A stretch of DNA of 34,241 nt from contig KZ539071.1 of NCBI GenBank assembly GCA_000934665.2, forward strand, positions 1-34,241, written 5' to 3'. The position numbers and the translations under genes were made by a program. The stretch comes from Catajapyx aquilonaris. Its lineage: Eukaryota. The notes beneath the pieces are model-generated. The model did not search any database. It saw only the letters and a program-made list of their open reading frames with translations, and had not been told where the DNA came from. Numbering within the stretch: the stretch's first letter is position 1; every line of letters begins with the position of its first letter. This document shows, piece by piece, positions 1 to 10,120 of this stretch.

Positions 1-103
1 CCGATCGCACCAGTGGCGCCGCCAGTGGCTGGACCCACTTCAGCATTCTACCGTATCGATGAAGTCTGGCCACCATACCCTGTTTATACATCTTGGTCTC
101 AAC

Positions 104-431
104 CCATTTTTGGACCACACGATGGGTTCTTGTCCCTTCAATGAACACTTGATAGTGGTTGAGTCACCTTCATAAATATATTGGTTGCCAACATACTCCA
201 CCGCTGTCCCTGGAATACACGATTTGAACCATTAAAAATTCCACGTAATTCATACCTTGGTAGTATAGGACTGAGAAACACATGGCAATAGTATGACCCA
301 ATATATGGAAATAGCCCGAGGTCGTCCTCAGTCTATTTGGAGCTTTGTTACACGACAATGTACATACCTTGAGTACAGACGATGAATCCGACTGTGAGAA
401 GAGATATGATCAACCAACAATGGGACTCCAT
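104..431 (-). CDS. Ig-domain cell-surface protein, paralog A (5' part only; remainder beyond the left edge or disrupted)
   Basis: Exon 431-368 encodes signal peptide MESHCWLIISLLTVGFIVCTQ with donor gtatgt. A 15-nt micro-exon follows at 270-256 (VLYYQ). The exon from 209 reads GTAVEYVGNQYIYEGDSTTIKCSLKGQEPIVWSKNG, showing the Ig B-strand Cys and C-strand Trp and homologous to the first Ig exon of paralogs B and C. The next donor is uncertain (104 or 79). Confidence 0.75.
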
Positions 432-958
432 GGTGAGAGAATCTTCGTTGTGTACCGGACTTTGAACAGTGTGACGTAACTTGGACAACGCCCAACGTTT
501 CATATACTGGATGGCTGACCTTGACTATTACGTCATTATGCTTCATCTATATTTGTAAAAACGGAATATGTATGTGCTAAATTCCACGGAAGGCAATGTG
601 GGTTAGAAGCCATGTGGTTCGGGTACGGGCCAAGTGCGTTGCTAAAAATAGTGTAGCACATGTGTATACTATACATTGTGTAGATGTGGCAACAGTGTGC
701 CACATTTCCATCGTTAAGATGAATAGGACCTAATCAGATGATAAATCAGCGGGCATTCTTCGAGAGCTCGTTAAGGACCTATGACGAAGTGGAATCGATA
801 TGCACAGACCTTGAATTTTAGAGACACGTTCAACAAACAGTCGTGGGACTCAGTCTGATTAAGCAGCTATTTTGCTACTTTATAATAGCAGGTTTGTTCA
901 TTTTTAATTGCAATTTTACATAGTGACAAAAATATGATATCTACTTAATGATTACTTG

Positions 959-2467
959 TTACCCCACCCCACCAGCATTCAGTCTCCCCCACCACCCACC
1001 GACCAATATCAAAAGTGATGCCCCGGTGAAGTAGATGGCGCTGGCACCACATGTTGCTGCAGCTGAAACGACACAACATATTAATTATTAAATTTAATAA
1101 ATATTTGCAGAAACTTACGCTCAACATGCATCCTATAGATCTGCAGGTGGTTTGGTTTGCAGGTGTATGTCCCTGCATGTTTGCACTCTGCCCTTTCAGC
1201 CAGGAGACCTCCTTGTTCCCACTTCAGGTCAAACTCACTTATGTTATCGTGGATCATACGTTGTCCGTTGAAAGTCCTTAATTAGGGGGAAATATTTTTG
1301 AAATATTATTATCGATATTAATTTCTGATTATTACCATTCCATATCTAGTGCGGGATGGACGCTGGATTTACATGGGAGGAACAGTTGGGCACCTGGAAC
1401 TAGCTGGACTTTGGCCTTGTTGGCAATTACAGAGTTTTCTGTAACAATATTGGTTACATATAATTATATTGTAGTTACAATTTTTCAGTAGCGATACTGA
1501 CCAGTCAGAACACGAAGCATGTGCCTCTTGTCTGAATTTATACACTTGTACATTCCAGAATGACCATGTCTGGCCTTGTAGAAAGTAAGTTTAGACACTT
1601 TGGCGCTGTTGATTAGGACTCGTATCCTGCTGGATTCACTCCCTGAAGGCACATCGCCACCATCTTTGGTCCAGTGTGGGCTCTGACCAATGGCAGTGTA
1701 ACATGCTATTGTTACCTGCTGACCAGCTATGACCGCTCCTGGACCTTCGTAGAAAGTGTCGGATCCTGCAATACATATATGAACACAATGTGCCTGAGAT
1801 GCAATACGACATACCGGTACCGTCGACTATTCGAACACCAATTCCTGATGACCCTTCGGTGCACCTGTACACTCCTGTGTGTTCGGGACTAACATTGGTG
1901 ATGGTCAAATCGGAGGTCATCACACCTTTGGACTTCTCTTGGGTCAGAATGTTGACCCCTGTATTTCTCGTTATTTCCTGACTATTTCTGGTCCATTTGA
2001 TTGGTACATTTCCGAACGCTGTGCAGTTGAGGTGTATGTCATCTCCTGCAGGTACGTACGTATGACCGGAGTATTCCACATCAGCTCCTACGTCACGTAA
2101 AGAAATATATTCATTCTTATGCATGTGGCCATAGTGACCCTCAATTAAATGCCCAAATTGCGTCCTTGCTTGGACGGACAGCAACACATGGCATATGACA
2201 TCATCATTTTATATATGCCTTACATACCGATGTAATAGCTGCTGTAGGCCTACAATGCAAATTGGACCAAAATGTGACTCATCATGCAGATATTCAGAGA
2301 GGTCACTCATATTGATGTGATTTGACCCATTTTAAAAAGCTGACCTTCACATGACACCTTGCAGCCAACAATGTGAAAACATGCTAAATATTTGATAATG
2401 ACCAACCTTGACTGACTCCGATGCTGCATAGCATGAGAATACACGCGATTCGCAACCGCGACTCCAT
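959..2467 (-). CDS. Three-Ig-domain protein with signal peptide and GPI-like C-terminus (IgLON/lachesin/DIP-like architecture), paralog B, ~320 aa
   Basis: Exons 2467-2407 (MESRLRIACILMLCSIGVSQ), 2087-1815, 1765-1502, 1438-1336, 1276-1119, 1062-959. All introns GT-AG and phases consistent (963 nt). Ig motifs C..W..HTGVYRC, C..W..HSGMYKC, C..W..HAGTYTC. Tail TCGASAIYFTGASLLILVGGWWGRLNAGGVG*. Confidence 0.85.
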
Positions 2468-2838
2468 GGCGCGTCTAGTTCCTATAATAAGTTGCTGTCA
2501 CTGCTCCGTAGCATCATGGGAGAAGGGCGTGGGTTGCCAGATGATGTTGACCTTCCCCAAAATTGCGCAACGCTGGACGACGACAACGCCCAATGCGACC
2601 AATTAGGGAGGAGTGCAATCAACAGTTTTGCGAACGACGAGGACACGCGGGTCAGTCAGGCGGTGATTTTTCAACAGAGTAATCTGGGTGAAAATCACAG
2701 ATTTTTTTTTTGGTCAGTAGCAACCAAGTGTCCACATATGTGGACATCGGGTTAGTTTAATATAAATTAACAGATTTTTAAACACATTTATTTTTTTTTA
2801 CAAATCACACAACTTTTCTGTAATATCACCATGCTGCC

Positions 2839-3051
2839 CAAGGGGTTAGCAACTCCCCAAAATAGAGTGCACCAGATCCTGGAACCGGAGGTTCCAGCCG
2901 GTTCCGCCGGTTCCAGCCGGTTCCAGCCGGTTCCGCCGGTTCCAGCCGGTTCCAGCCGGTTCCAGCCGGTTCCGCCGGTTCCAGCCGGTTCCAGCCGGTT
3001 CCGCCGGTTCCACCCGGTTCCACCCGGTTCCAGGGAGTTGCTAACCCCTTG
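2839..3051. mobile_element. hAT-like MITE with internal GCCGGTTCC(A) minisatellite
   Basis: Perfect 19-bp TIR caaggggttagcaactccc (2839-2857) and gggagttgctaaccccttg (3033-3051). 8-bp flanks atgctgcc and atgctgct match 7/8 as a TSD. Interior 2881-3030 consists of 9/10-bp units. Confidence 0.85.
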
Positions 3052-3104
3052 ATGCTGCTTTGTTGCACTACAGTCTTTGTTGTTGTTTACACATTGATTT
3101 TTTT

Positions 3105-5246
3105 TTACAGTGCCCCACCCCACATTCGCACACACAAAGCACCAGTCACGACCAAAAGAGATGTCGTTGTGTAGATGGAACATGCACCACATGTGGAACC
3201 ACCTGAAAATATGACATTTAATGTCTTTTTAAGATTTAAAATATGATGGACTCACCTTGGACCTGGATGGTCTTATTCAACATATCGTGGTCAGCCATGT
3301 CAACATCCGGTTCTTCCAACTGACATGTGTATGTACCTGCATGTTTGCACTCAGCTTTCTGTACCACTAGTCCATCCTGATTTTGCATATATTCCTTGTT
3401 ATCTGGATTGATGGTCTGACCATTGAAAGTCCTAGAAGAAATAGTAGGTCAAGGTCACAGGGTCAAAGGTCAGCTTGGTGTGACATACCATGAGAATTCT
3501 GCACCTGGGATGTCCGTTTTGCATGGTACTACCAATTTGCTGCCTGGAGACATCTGAACAGTGTCTTCTGACATGATGTTGAGGACATGAAGTGCGTATT
3601 CCTTGTTAACACCATTGACGCAGGTGTATACCCCCGCATGGTCAAGCCTGGTCTTGTAAATGGTCAGTGTGGCCACTTTGGCTCTGTTTGGTAGAATCCT
3701 AATTCGCCCTGCGGTAACCCCTGCCGGTACATCACTTCCGTCCTTCTTCCACTGCAGGTTGTCAGTCTCTCTGGCGAAACAGGTGATGGTCACCTCCTGA
3801 CCAGGTACGGCCACCTCCGGACCATCGTACACCACATCAGAACCAGCTGTAAGAAAAATGATTAGCAGTCCGCTAGATGGCCACCTACCATGCTGCCACC
3901 TACTTTCCACAACTCGAACCGAGAAGCCTTTTGTAGACAATGCGGTGCACTTGTAGACACCTGATTGGTCAGCTCGTGCCTTTTCGATGATCAGTTCCGA
4001 CCCTTTGTTAGGTCTTGAGTTGACCTTAACGCCAAATCCGCTCACCACATGTCCATCTTTGGTCCATGCGATGGTCTCTTGGTCCGGGTTGGTACAGTCC
4101 ACTCGAATCTCATCGCCAGCAGGTACGACTCGTGTACCGGTGTACACCACATCTGATCCTGAATAAAAATTACAGGTATGACATGTTGCCAAATTGCCTT
4201 GAAATTACCAGTACAATATAGTAACACGTTGACTGACATGATAATACTAAATTTGACAAGGTGTCATTAAGTGAAGGTCACGTCAAAGACTGTCATCAAA
4301 ATCTAGCCATGAGAACATTGTAACTATTTCAGGATTTTTCACTGCGTGTGTAACGGTCTTGTAACGCGAAGAATAGCCACGGAAGCATCTCCTTTCTTGT
4401 GACCTTCCTGTGTACATGTCTTCGCATACCGTGCCCTTGAAACCGGTATGACATCAGCAGTTATATATTCTAGAGCACCGCAAAAATGTTTTTGCGAACA
4501 TTCGCGAACATTCCCAACAGGCCAGAGCGAGGGTACCGGTTCTAAAAATAAGTCATGTATGCCAGATAGACTATAGATGCGAACTACGTTCGGCGAACAA
4601 TTTCGCGGTGTTCTATATACTCGAACACCCGGCGAAAAATTGTTCGGCGAATTAGTTCGACGAACGCACTATTTCCAACAGGCCAGAGCGAGGGCACCGG
4701 TTCTAAACAAGGTTCTAAAAATAAGTCATATATCATATGCCAGATAGACTATAGATGCGAACTACGTTCGTCGAACAATTTTGCGGTGTTCTATACACTC
4801 GAACACCCGGCGAAAAATTGTTCGGCGAATGTATAGTTCGACGAACGCACTATTTCCAACAGGCCAGAGCGAGGGTACCGGTTCTAAAAATAAATCATGT
4901 ATGCCAGATAGACTATAGATGCGAACTACGTTCGGCGAACAATTTCGCGGTGTTCTATATACTCGAACACCCGGCGAAAAAATTTTCGGCGAACTATTTC
5001 CAACAGGCAATGAGAGGCTACGACTGGTTCTAAAAATAAGTCATGGATGCCAAATCTTTGACCGCATACTATCAAAACCTATTTTAAAAAGCTATAACAG
5101 CAAATTAGTTAAATCTACTTTCATAGTTCATAGTACATACTATGAAATTGGGGTCATCTATAGAGTGTGACAGGATCGATATACAGACCTTGAATGGCGC
5201 CAGTAAGTCCGAGTATAAGAAGAGCTGCTAGTAAACACGACTCCAT
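3105..5246 (-). CDS. Three-Ig-domain protein with signal peptide and GPI-like C-terminus, paralog C, ~314 aa
   Basis: Exons 5246-5189 (MESCLLAALLILGLTGAIQ), 4158-3904, 3846-3489, 3431-3256, 3202-3105. GT-AG, phases consistent (945 nt). Ig motifs DQSGVYKC, DHAGVYTC, KHAGTYTC. Tail GSTCGACSIYTTTSLLVVTGALCVRMWGGAL*. Confidence 0.85.
4514..5045. repeat. Tandem repeat, ~145-180-bp unit, ~3.3 copies, in intron 1 of Ig paralog C
   Basis: Unit ccaacaggccagagcgagggtaccggttctaaaaataagtcatgtatgccagatagactatagatgcgaactacgttcggcgaac... restarts at ~4514, ~4675, ~4856 and partially ~5000. Rich in short palindromes such as gttcggcgaac. Confidence 0.9.
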
Positions 5247-5294
5247 CGTGCTGAAATCCACATGAGACTGCGAATATTTGCCAAAGCGTGAAAT

Positions 5295-5362
5295 GCCACG
5301 CCCGCTAGAAGCGAGGAGTGACCATCCAATCACAGGGCGGGATTCACCTCATTAGGATAAGA
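5295..5362 (-). promoter_or_regulatory. Candidate proximal promoter of Ig paralog C (GC boxes, CCAAT, GATA)
   Basis: ccacgccc, ccaatca, gggcggg and gataag lie clustered 50-115 nt upstream of the ATG at 5246. Confidence 0.4.
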
Positions 5363-5679
5363 GCGTTGTCGCTTATGGAAGGTGATCAAATTTTATGTGA
5401 TGTAATGTATGGAGATAGACCAGATAAGGTATACAAAATGTCAGGATATAGATGACCTTGAGTGACGTTGACACGGACTGACGGACGTTGACGTAACGAA
5501 ATGGCATCTGGGCATGGCATTGTCTGCCTACATTTCCCGGTAAACAAGTGTGAATATGATATAGACGACAACAACAACAACAACAACAAAGCACTAACAA
5601 GGCAAATCAAACGAGCGTGATTCGAGTATATTTTTTCTAATTGGGCAGTTGGAGGCTGACAAATACCGATACAACACAA

Positions 5680-5858
5680 CAGTGACGTAGCCAGGATTCC
5701 AGTTCGGGGAGGGGGGGGGGGGAGCAATCGGNNNNNNNNNNNNNNNNNNNNNNNNNNNNNNNNNNNNNNNNNNNNNNNNNNNNNNNNNNNNNNNNNNNNN
5801 NNNNNNNNNNNNNNNNNNNNNNNGGGGGGCCCCCCCCCCCCCCCTGGCTACGTCACTG
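5680..5858. mobile_element. hAT-like MITE spanning the assembly gap
   Basis: 16-bp perfect TIR cagtgacgtagccagg (5680-5695) and cctggctacgtcactg (5843-5858). G/C homopolymer subterminal tracts. Degenerate 8-bp flanks caacacaa and cgagacaa. N gap at 5732-5823. Confidence 0.7.
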
Positions 5859-5943
5859 CGAGACAACAAAACATAATAGGACAACAATGACATTGATTGT
5901 TGTTCTCATTTCCAGTTGCTGCCTGTAAATTGACCTTGGATAA

Positions 5944-6221
5944 CCGAAGTAGGTTGGTATGGTGGATATGGAGTCCGCCTGCTAATCTGGAGGTTCTTGT
6001 TTCGAATCCCGGGGCTGGCGACCCTGTGGTTTCCCATGGTCCTCCCAGGATAATTCCGGGGTCGTTTCCGTATAATAGGCTACATCCGCTTCTTTCCGTC
6101 CCTACCCTTGGCCCCACCCAGGTGCGAAGTAAGAGGCAGAAAAATCGAAGAAAACTGATGGTGGTGTGCCACCCCCTTAAAAGGGCTCCACCCTATCACT
6201 ACTATCTATCACACTATCACA
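5944..6221 (+). mobile_element. tRNA-derived SINE
   Basis: A-box-like tggtatggtgg and B-box-like gtttcgaatcc (5999-6009) at tRNA-like spacing, a non-tRNA body, and a 3' simple-repeat tail (ctatcac)n. Confidence 0.65.
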
Positions 6222-6554
6222 CGGGGTAAAATAAATAATTAATAAATACATAAAAATAAAATTGACCTTGGCGGATAGAGTGAATCTGAAAAACCGGAAG
6301 TGGTGGGCCACCGGAAGTTTACCATGAACGCTTAATCCGAATCTGAAAACTGTTTGTTGATATTTCATGCGGTTTAGGCACTGATACCTGTCCACAGACA
6401 GACGGACAGAGCTATAAGAATTTTTTCCCACGAAAAAATGTTTAAAAAAATGTTTTATTGGCAAAATGATACAAAAGTGATAATTGCTGAAAATCTTAAT
6501 CACTATGCACATATTATATAGGCAGGTCCGTAAGCACATTATCCTGTCACATTG

Positions 6555-7576
6555 TTATATAACAAATTGTTCATATGCTTCCAGTAGGGAGTCGAAAGTG
6601 AATAGGCATTTTGATGGACTCTCGATGGGGATGCCAGCTATTCCTGCAGCCTGTGGAAATGACAACAATGAGTCGATTTGCAACAATTAGCCATTGTTGT
6701 CACTGCTTACTTACCAGAGCGATCAAGTCAGGTGTCTCCTTCTGAGGCGTGGTTGGTGGCAGTGGCCTCAAAGGTGCTTCCTCCATCTTGCGAGTTGTGG
6801 TGGCGACCTTGACCTCAACAGGCGGGCATTGGGTCAGGTCAACAATGGGGTGGACAACAAGACGTTGCTGGTGTATCCGAATAAGCTGGCAGTTGTGATG
6901 GTGCAAAATACGTTCCAAACACTGCTTCCTGTTTACCAACTGAAGGACATCAGCATCCAACCGCCTCTTCTTCTCCTCTTCTACTCTCGCCTCCTGAAAA
7001 ATTGACATCGGGGTCATGACCTAGCTAGACACAAAGATGACCATATACTTACGTCAATAAGGGTCAGCATGTTATGAAGTTTCTTATCCCTACATCTGGT
7101 TGCTGCTTCACGGTTCATCAACCGTTTTCTGGCCCTCTTGGCAGCCTGTTCCGGGGTCAGCTGAAATGACCTCAATGTAAGTACGGGATGATGGACAATA
7201 ATTGTTGTGGACATACCTCGTCATCATCATCTCTGGGCCTTCTTCCACCCCTTCTCCTCCGGCCATCCACGGACATGGCTTCCGGGTAGTTGCTGGCTGA
7301 ACTGCTGCTTCTGGAAGTGACCTCACTGCTGGTCATGGAGGTGCTGGAACTGGAGGATTCAACTTTGGACTCCATCAGGTGCTGTCCGGTCAGCTGGTCC
7401 AGTTGCTTCTGAGTTAATCCTAATATTTCCGCCAGGTTTTGCAGGGCAGCTGGGGTCAAATCAGATGGCGATATCTCGAAATCCCATGGCAACTAAGAGG
7501 AGGTCAAAGGTCAGTGGAGGAATTTGGGAGGAATAGTAAAAAAATTATGTGGACTTACCTTAGGTGTATTATCCAT
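6555..7576 (-). CDS. Fos: Fos/kayak-family bZIP transcription factor, copy 1 (~258 aa)
   Basis: Exons 7576-7559 (MDNTPK), 7492-7217, 7160-7053, 6993-6715, 6650-6555, all phase 0 GT-AG. The 108-nt basic-region exon LTPEQAAKRARKRLMNREAATRCRDKKLHNMLTLID has Fos-type intron positions. Zipper ends LERILHHHNC. C-terminal IAGIPIESPSKCLFTFDSLL resembles the arthropod Fos AGIPI.TPS...FNFDSL motif. Confidence 0.85.
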
Positions 7577-7689
7577 TGGCCATCTCACACTGCACGCTGT
7601 TCTCAGAACAGCGTGCAGTGTGAGATGGCCATGGATGGACCCAATCTGGTCATTCTGGTCCGGACATCCTGAGTGAGTCACTCAGGATG
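7577..7689. repeat. Two perfect palindromes upstream of Fos copy 1
   Basis: 27-bp arms 7577-7603 and 7605-7631 with a 1-nt spacer; 12-bp arms 7665-7676 and 7678-7689 centred on TGAGTCA. Absent from copies 2 and 3. Confidence 0.9.
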
Positions 7690-7789
7690 AGGACAAGAGT
7701 GACCAGGTCGGGTCATACCTTTTGGCCTCAGAATCACCTTCCGAGATAAAAACTAGGAATAACCATAACCTTTCAAAAACAAGAGTGTA

Positions 7790-7927
7790 TGACTCATTGT
7801 CATGCATATCTTAAGCCCCTGTAGACCGTGGGAAAGACTTGCAGCCCATTCTTGGCTCTATGGTTATGTGTATAGGGGACCCCTAGACTAGAGGCTGAGT
7901 CATATTTCTGGTTTTATGCATTAGTCA
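7790..7927. promoter_or_regulatory. AP-1 and CSL motif cluster upstream of Fos copy 1 (also in copies 2 and 3)
   Basis: TGACTCA 7790-7796, CGTGGGAA 7827-7834, TGAGTCA 7896-7902, TTAGTCA 7921-7927. Confidence 0.5.
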
Positions 7928-8019
7928 ATATCTTCTGGTATTTGTAGACTACCGTACTCCAAATGCGGAATATACGTAATGGCTTTTTAAATTAAATAAT
8001 CCAATGAATTTAAATCATA

Positions 8020-8155
8020 TCTTCTATATCTATATAAATAAAGCCGTTTGTGATCTGTCTGTCTGCCTGCCTGGAACGCCAACCATCGTTTTCCTGCCAT
8101 CTGTGGTCCGCCTCCTACATCTCCAACCTCTCCCGTCCTTCCGACCCGGCCTGCC
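8020..8155 (+). mobile_element. Possible Helitron-derived 5' fragment (second copy inverted at ~19455-19610)
   Basis: atctatataaataaag followed by a (ctgt)n/(ctgc)n microsatellite, a pattern typical of non-autonomous Helitron heads. No 3' CTAG end identified. Confidence 0.35.
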
Positions 8156-8702
8156 TTTAATTAAGATTCTTAATTACATGTAACACTCGCAAAAATCCGT
8201 ATCTTTCGCACCCCACGCGTCGCAGGGACAAAAAAGAGCCCCCTGCTGATATATCTGACCCGAAATTCACCCTTCTTGCCCACCTTGGCGTCCTTGACCT
8301 AACCACCCCTCCAAGACACGGGTCACTCAGCCAACCCATGACGACCCCCGTCCCTTCTATTCCCGCCAAACCCAGGGATTGTGACTAATCGTCTTGTGCA
8401 CAAGGTACAAGTCCCCCAAGTCCCTTATCTACTTGCCCCCCACGGTTTTACAAATGACNCCCCCATCCCGTGTGTGACCTACGCGGTCAAATACAACAAT
8501 CGTCAACAACCGGCTCAATGCCTCAAAACAATGAAACAGCATGCGCACAATTATTGACTCGATTTTAATTAGTCGGGCCGGTCTCATTAAAATCGACATT
8601 ATTTTCTACACCGCAAATAACTGGCTATGCGTTTGTCTCAATTACAATTAAACGATCATAAAAAAGTCACTATTCAGGTACCTTATACAAGTGTGTACTT
8701 AC

Positions 8703-8735
8703 CTCAGCGTGGGTTTCGTCCATGGTGACGTCCAT
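8703..8735 (-). CDS. Candidate alternative distal first coding exon of Fos copy 1 (MDVTMDETHAE)
   Basis: gccatcATGG context, 33 nt, strong donor GAG|gtaagt, phase 0 compatible with the acceptor at 7492. CCAAT box ~200 nt upstream. Near-identical to 18689-18721. Confidence 0.55.
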
Positions 8736-9366
8736 GATGGCGGGACCTGAGGGCGTTGATGAAGAAGACAATGGTCGGGCACTGAAGAGGGACTGGCCAA
8801 GACGACTTCTCAGGTGGGGAAGAGGCAGAACAATGGACAAGAAGGGTCCTAACTGCCCAAATTAGCGGCGGAATCCGCCCACTTTCTCCCAACCGGAGGA
8901 CCTCTTTGGTTCAAGGACGCGGGTCACTTCGGGTCAGCCAATAGGAACTGGCCTTCCCATCGTCACAAGACCAGCAGTGTGTGTGTCGCAGTCTTCGGCG
9001 CCTGAAATCTGCCTGCATTCTTGACGACTATGAAAAATAGAACAATAGAGCCATATTGTTACTAGTCGAAAATATGACTACGAAAATTTTGAGCACTTAT
9101 TAGTTATTACATACGCAGGTTTACTATTGAGATAGTGACACTGTAATTAATTCGTACATATTTTAAATTTAAAGTAATGTTACACTCAAGAGGGGGCATA
9201 TTGTTACAGTGTACCTGTCCCCGCTAAAAAGTTTTGTTGCAATTATCATTCAGTATTAGTTACAAAAATTTTAATATCGTAATTAGGGAGTGTGTCAATG
9301 TCAACAATGTAGGTGTTCATTGACTTTAAAACATAATTACAAGCCCAGGGAAGCCTAATTACACTA

Positions 9367-9778
9367 CATTGTGCTCTTGATTATCCGGGCTAGTAATGAC
9401 TGCACGGGTGTTGCCGGATAATCGGAAATGGCCATAGAAACCGTAAAAAATGAGCTATCCACAGGTTAGAGATTACCCTGCTTGGTTTAAGCAAAATAAT
9501 AAAACTTATAATATATTTTTTTTACTTTATCTTCTTTAAAAAAAAGCGTTATATTTCTTCGGCGGCGAGACATATTGACAGTGGCGCTAATTTTTGTCCA
9601 CTGCTAGTTACTGATAAGTTAGCAGTAGCAGTGGGACAAATAATTCGACACATTTTTTCGGGCTTTAATTTTAAATATTATTTTTAACTAGTCGTCGCTG
9701 GCTACCCCATTTCTGGGATTATGCCGTGTGTATCTATATGACCGGATAATCCGCACCCGGATAATCGGGCATACAGTG
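9367..9778. mobile_element. Tc1/mariner (pogo-like) MITE
   Basis: Imperfect ~23-bp TIRs cattgtgctcttgattatccggg and cccggataatcgggcatacagtg, flanked by TA on both sides. Partial inverted copy at ~18140-18330. Confidence 0.55.
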
Positions 9779-10120
9779 TATGTGAATACGACATGAAATG
9801 TATAGCGCAACTTTTTAAATAATATTTTAACAATGCTGTGATAAATTATTTCCAATGCAAAATATGGAAAAATATTCAAAGCCTTTTCCACCCTCCTAAC
9901 TTGGCCACCTAAATGGCACCAAGCTTTATCAGATAAGGGTTTCTTAGGACCAACCGCTAATGGCTTGACTAGCCGAAAGCAAAGGGGGACAAAATATGGT
10001 CAGCAGGTCATTCCGACGGGGCATGACCTTCCTTCCTTCCTGATAGCCTCAAGTGACATTCCCAGCCACCCCTGACTCCATTATGTCGCATGGTCAGTTT
10101 CAGAGGCTATTGTTTCAGAG

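Noticed and set aside
2224..2249. Micro-exon in Ig paralog B analogous to paralog A
   Set aside because: Every acceptor/donor pair tried either shifts the frame or creates TGA at the junction; a direct 2407>2087 splice is in frame.
2788..3192. ORFs with GTGWNRLEPA repeats
   Set aside because: They arise from the stop-free minisatellite inside the MITE.
4514..5045. CRISPR-like array, or coding ORFs 4755-5170
   Set aside because: Whole units are repeated with no unique spacers, the context is a eukaryotic intron, and the ORFs are translations of the repeat.
5944..6020. Functional tRNA gene (also ~17440-17510 minus)
   Set aside because: A/B boxes are present but I could not fold a convincing cloverleaf, and the sequence continues into SINE-like bodies.
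5400..6440. Helentron/DINE-like fragments (gacggac and acagacagacggacag tracts near 5475 and 6393)
   Set aside because: Only microsatellite-like hints; no termini could be defined.
6694..7005. Plus-strand 103-aa ORF repeated at 11265 and 13436
   Set aside because: Antisense shadow of Fos exon 4 with a non-ATG start; its recurrence is explained by recent duplication.
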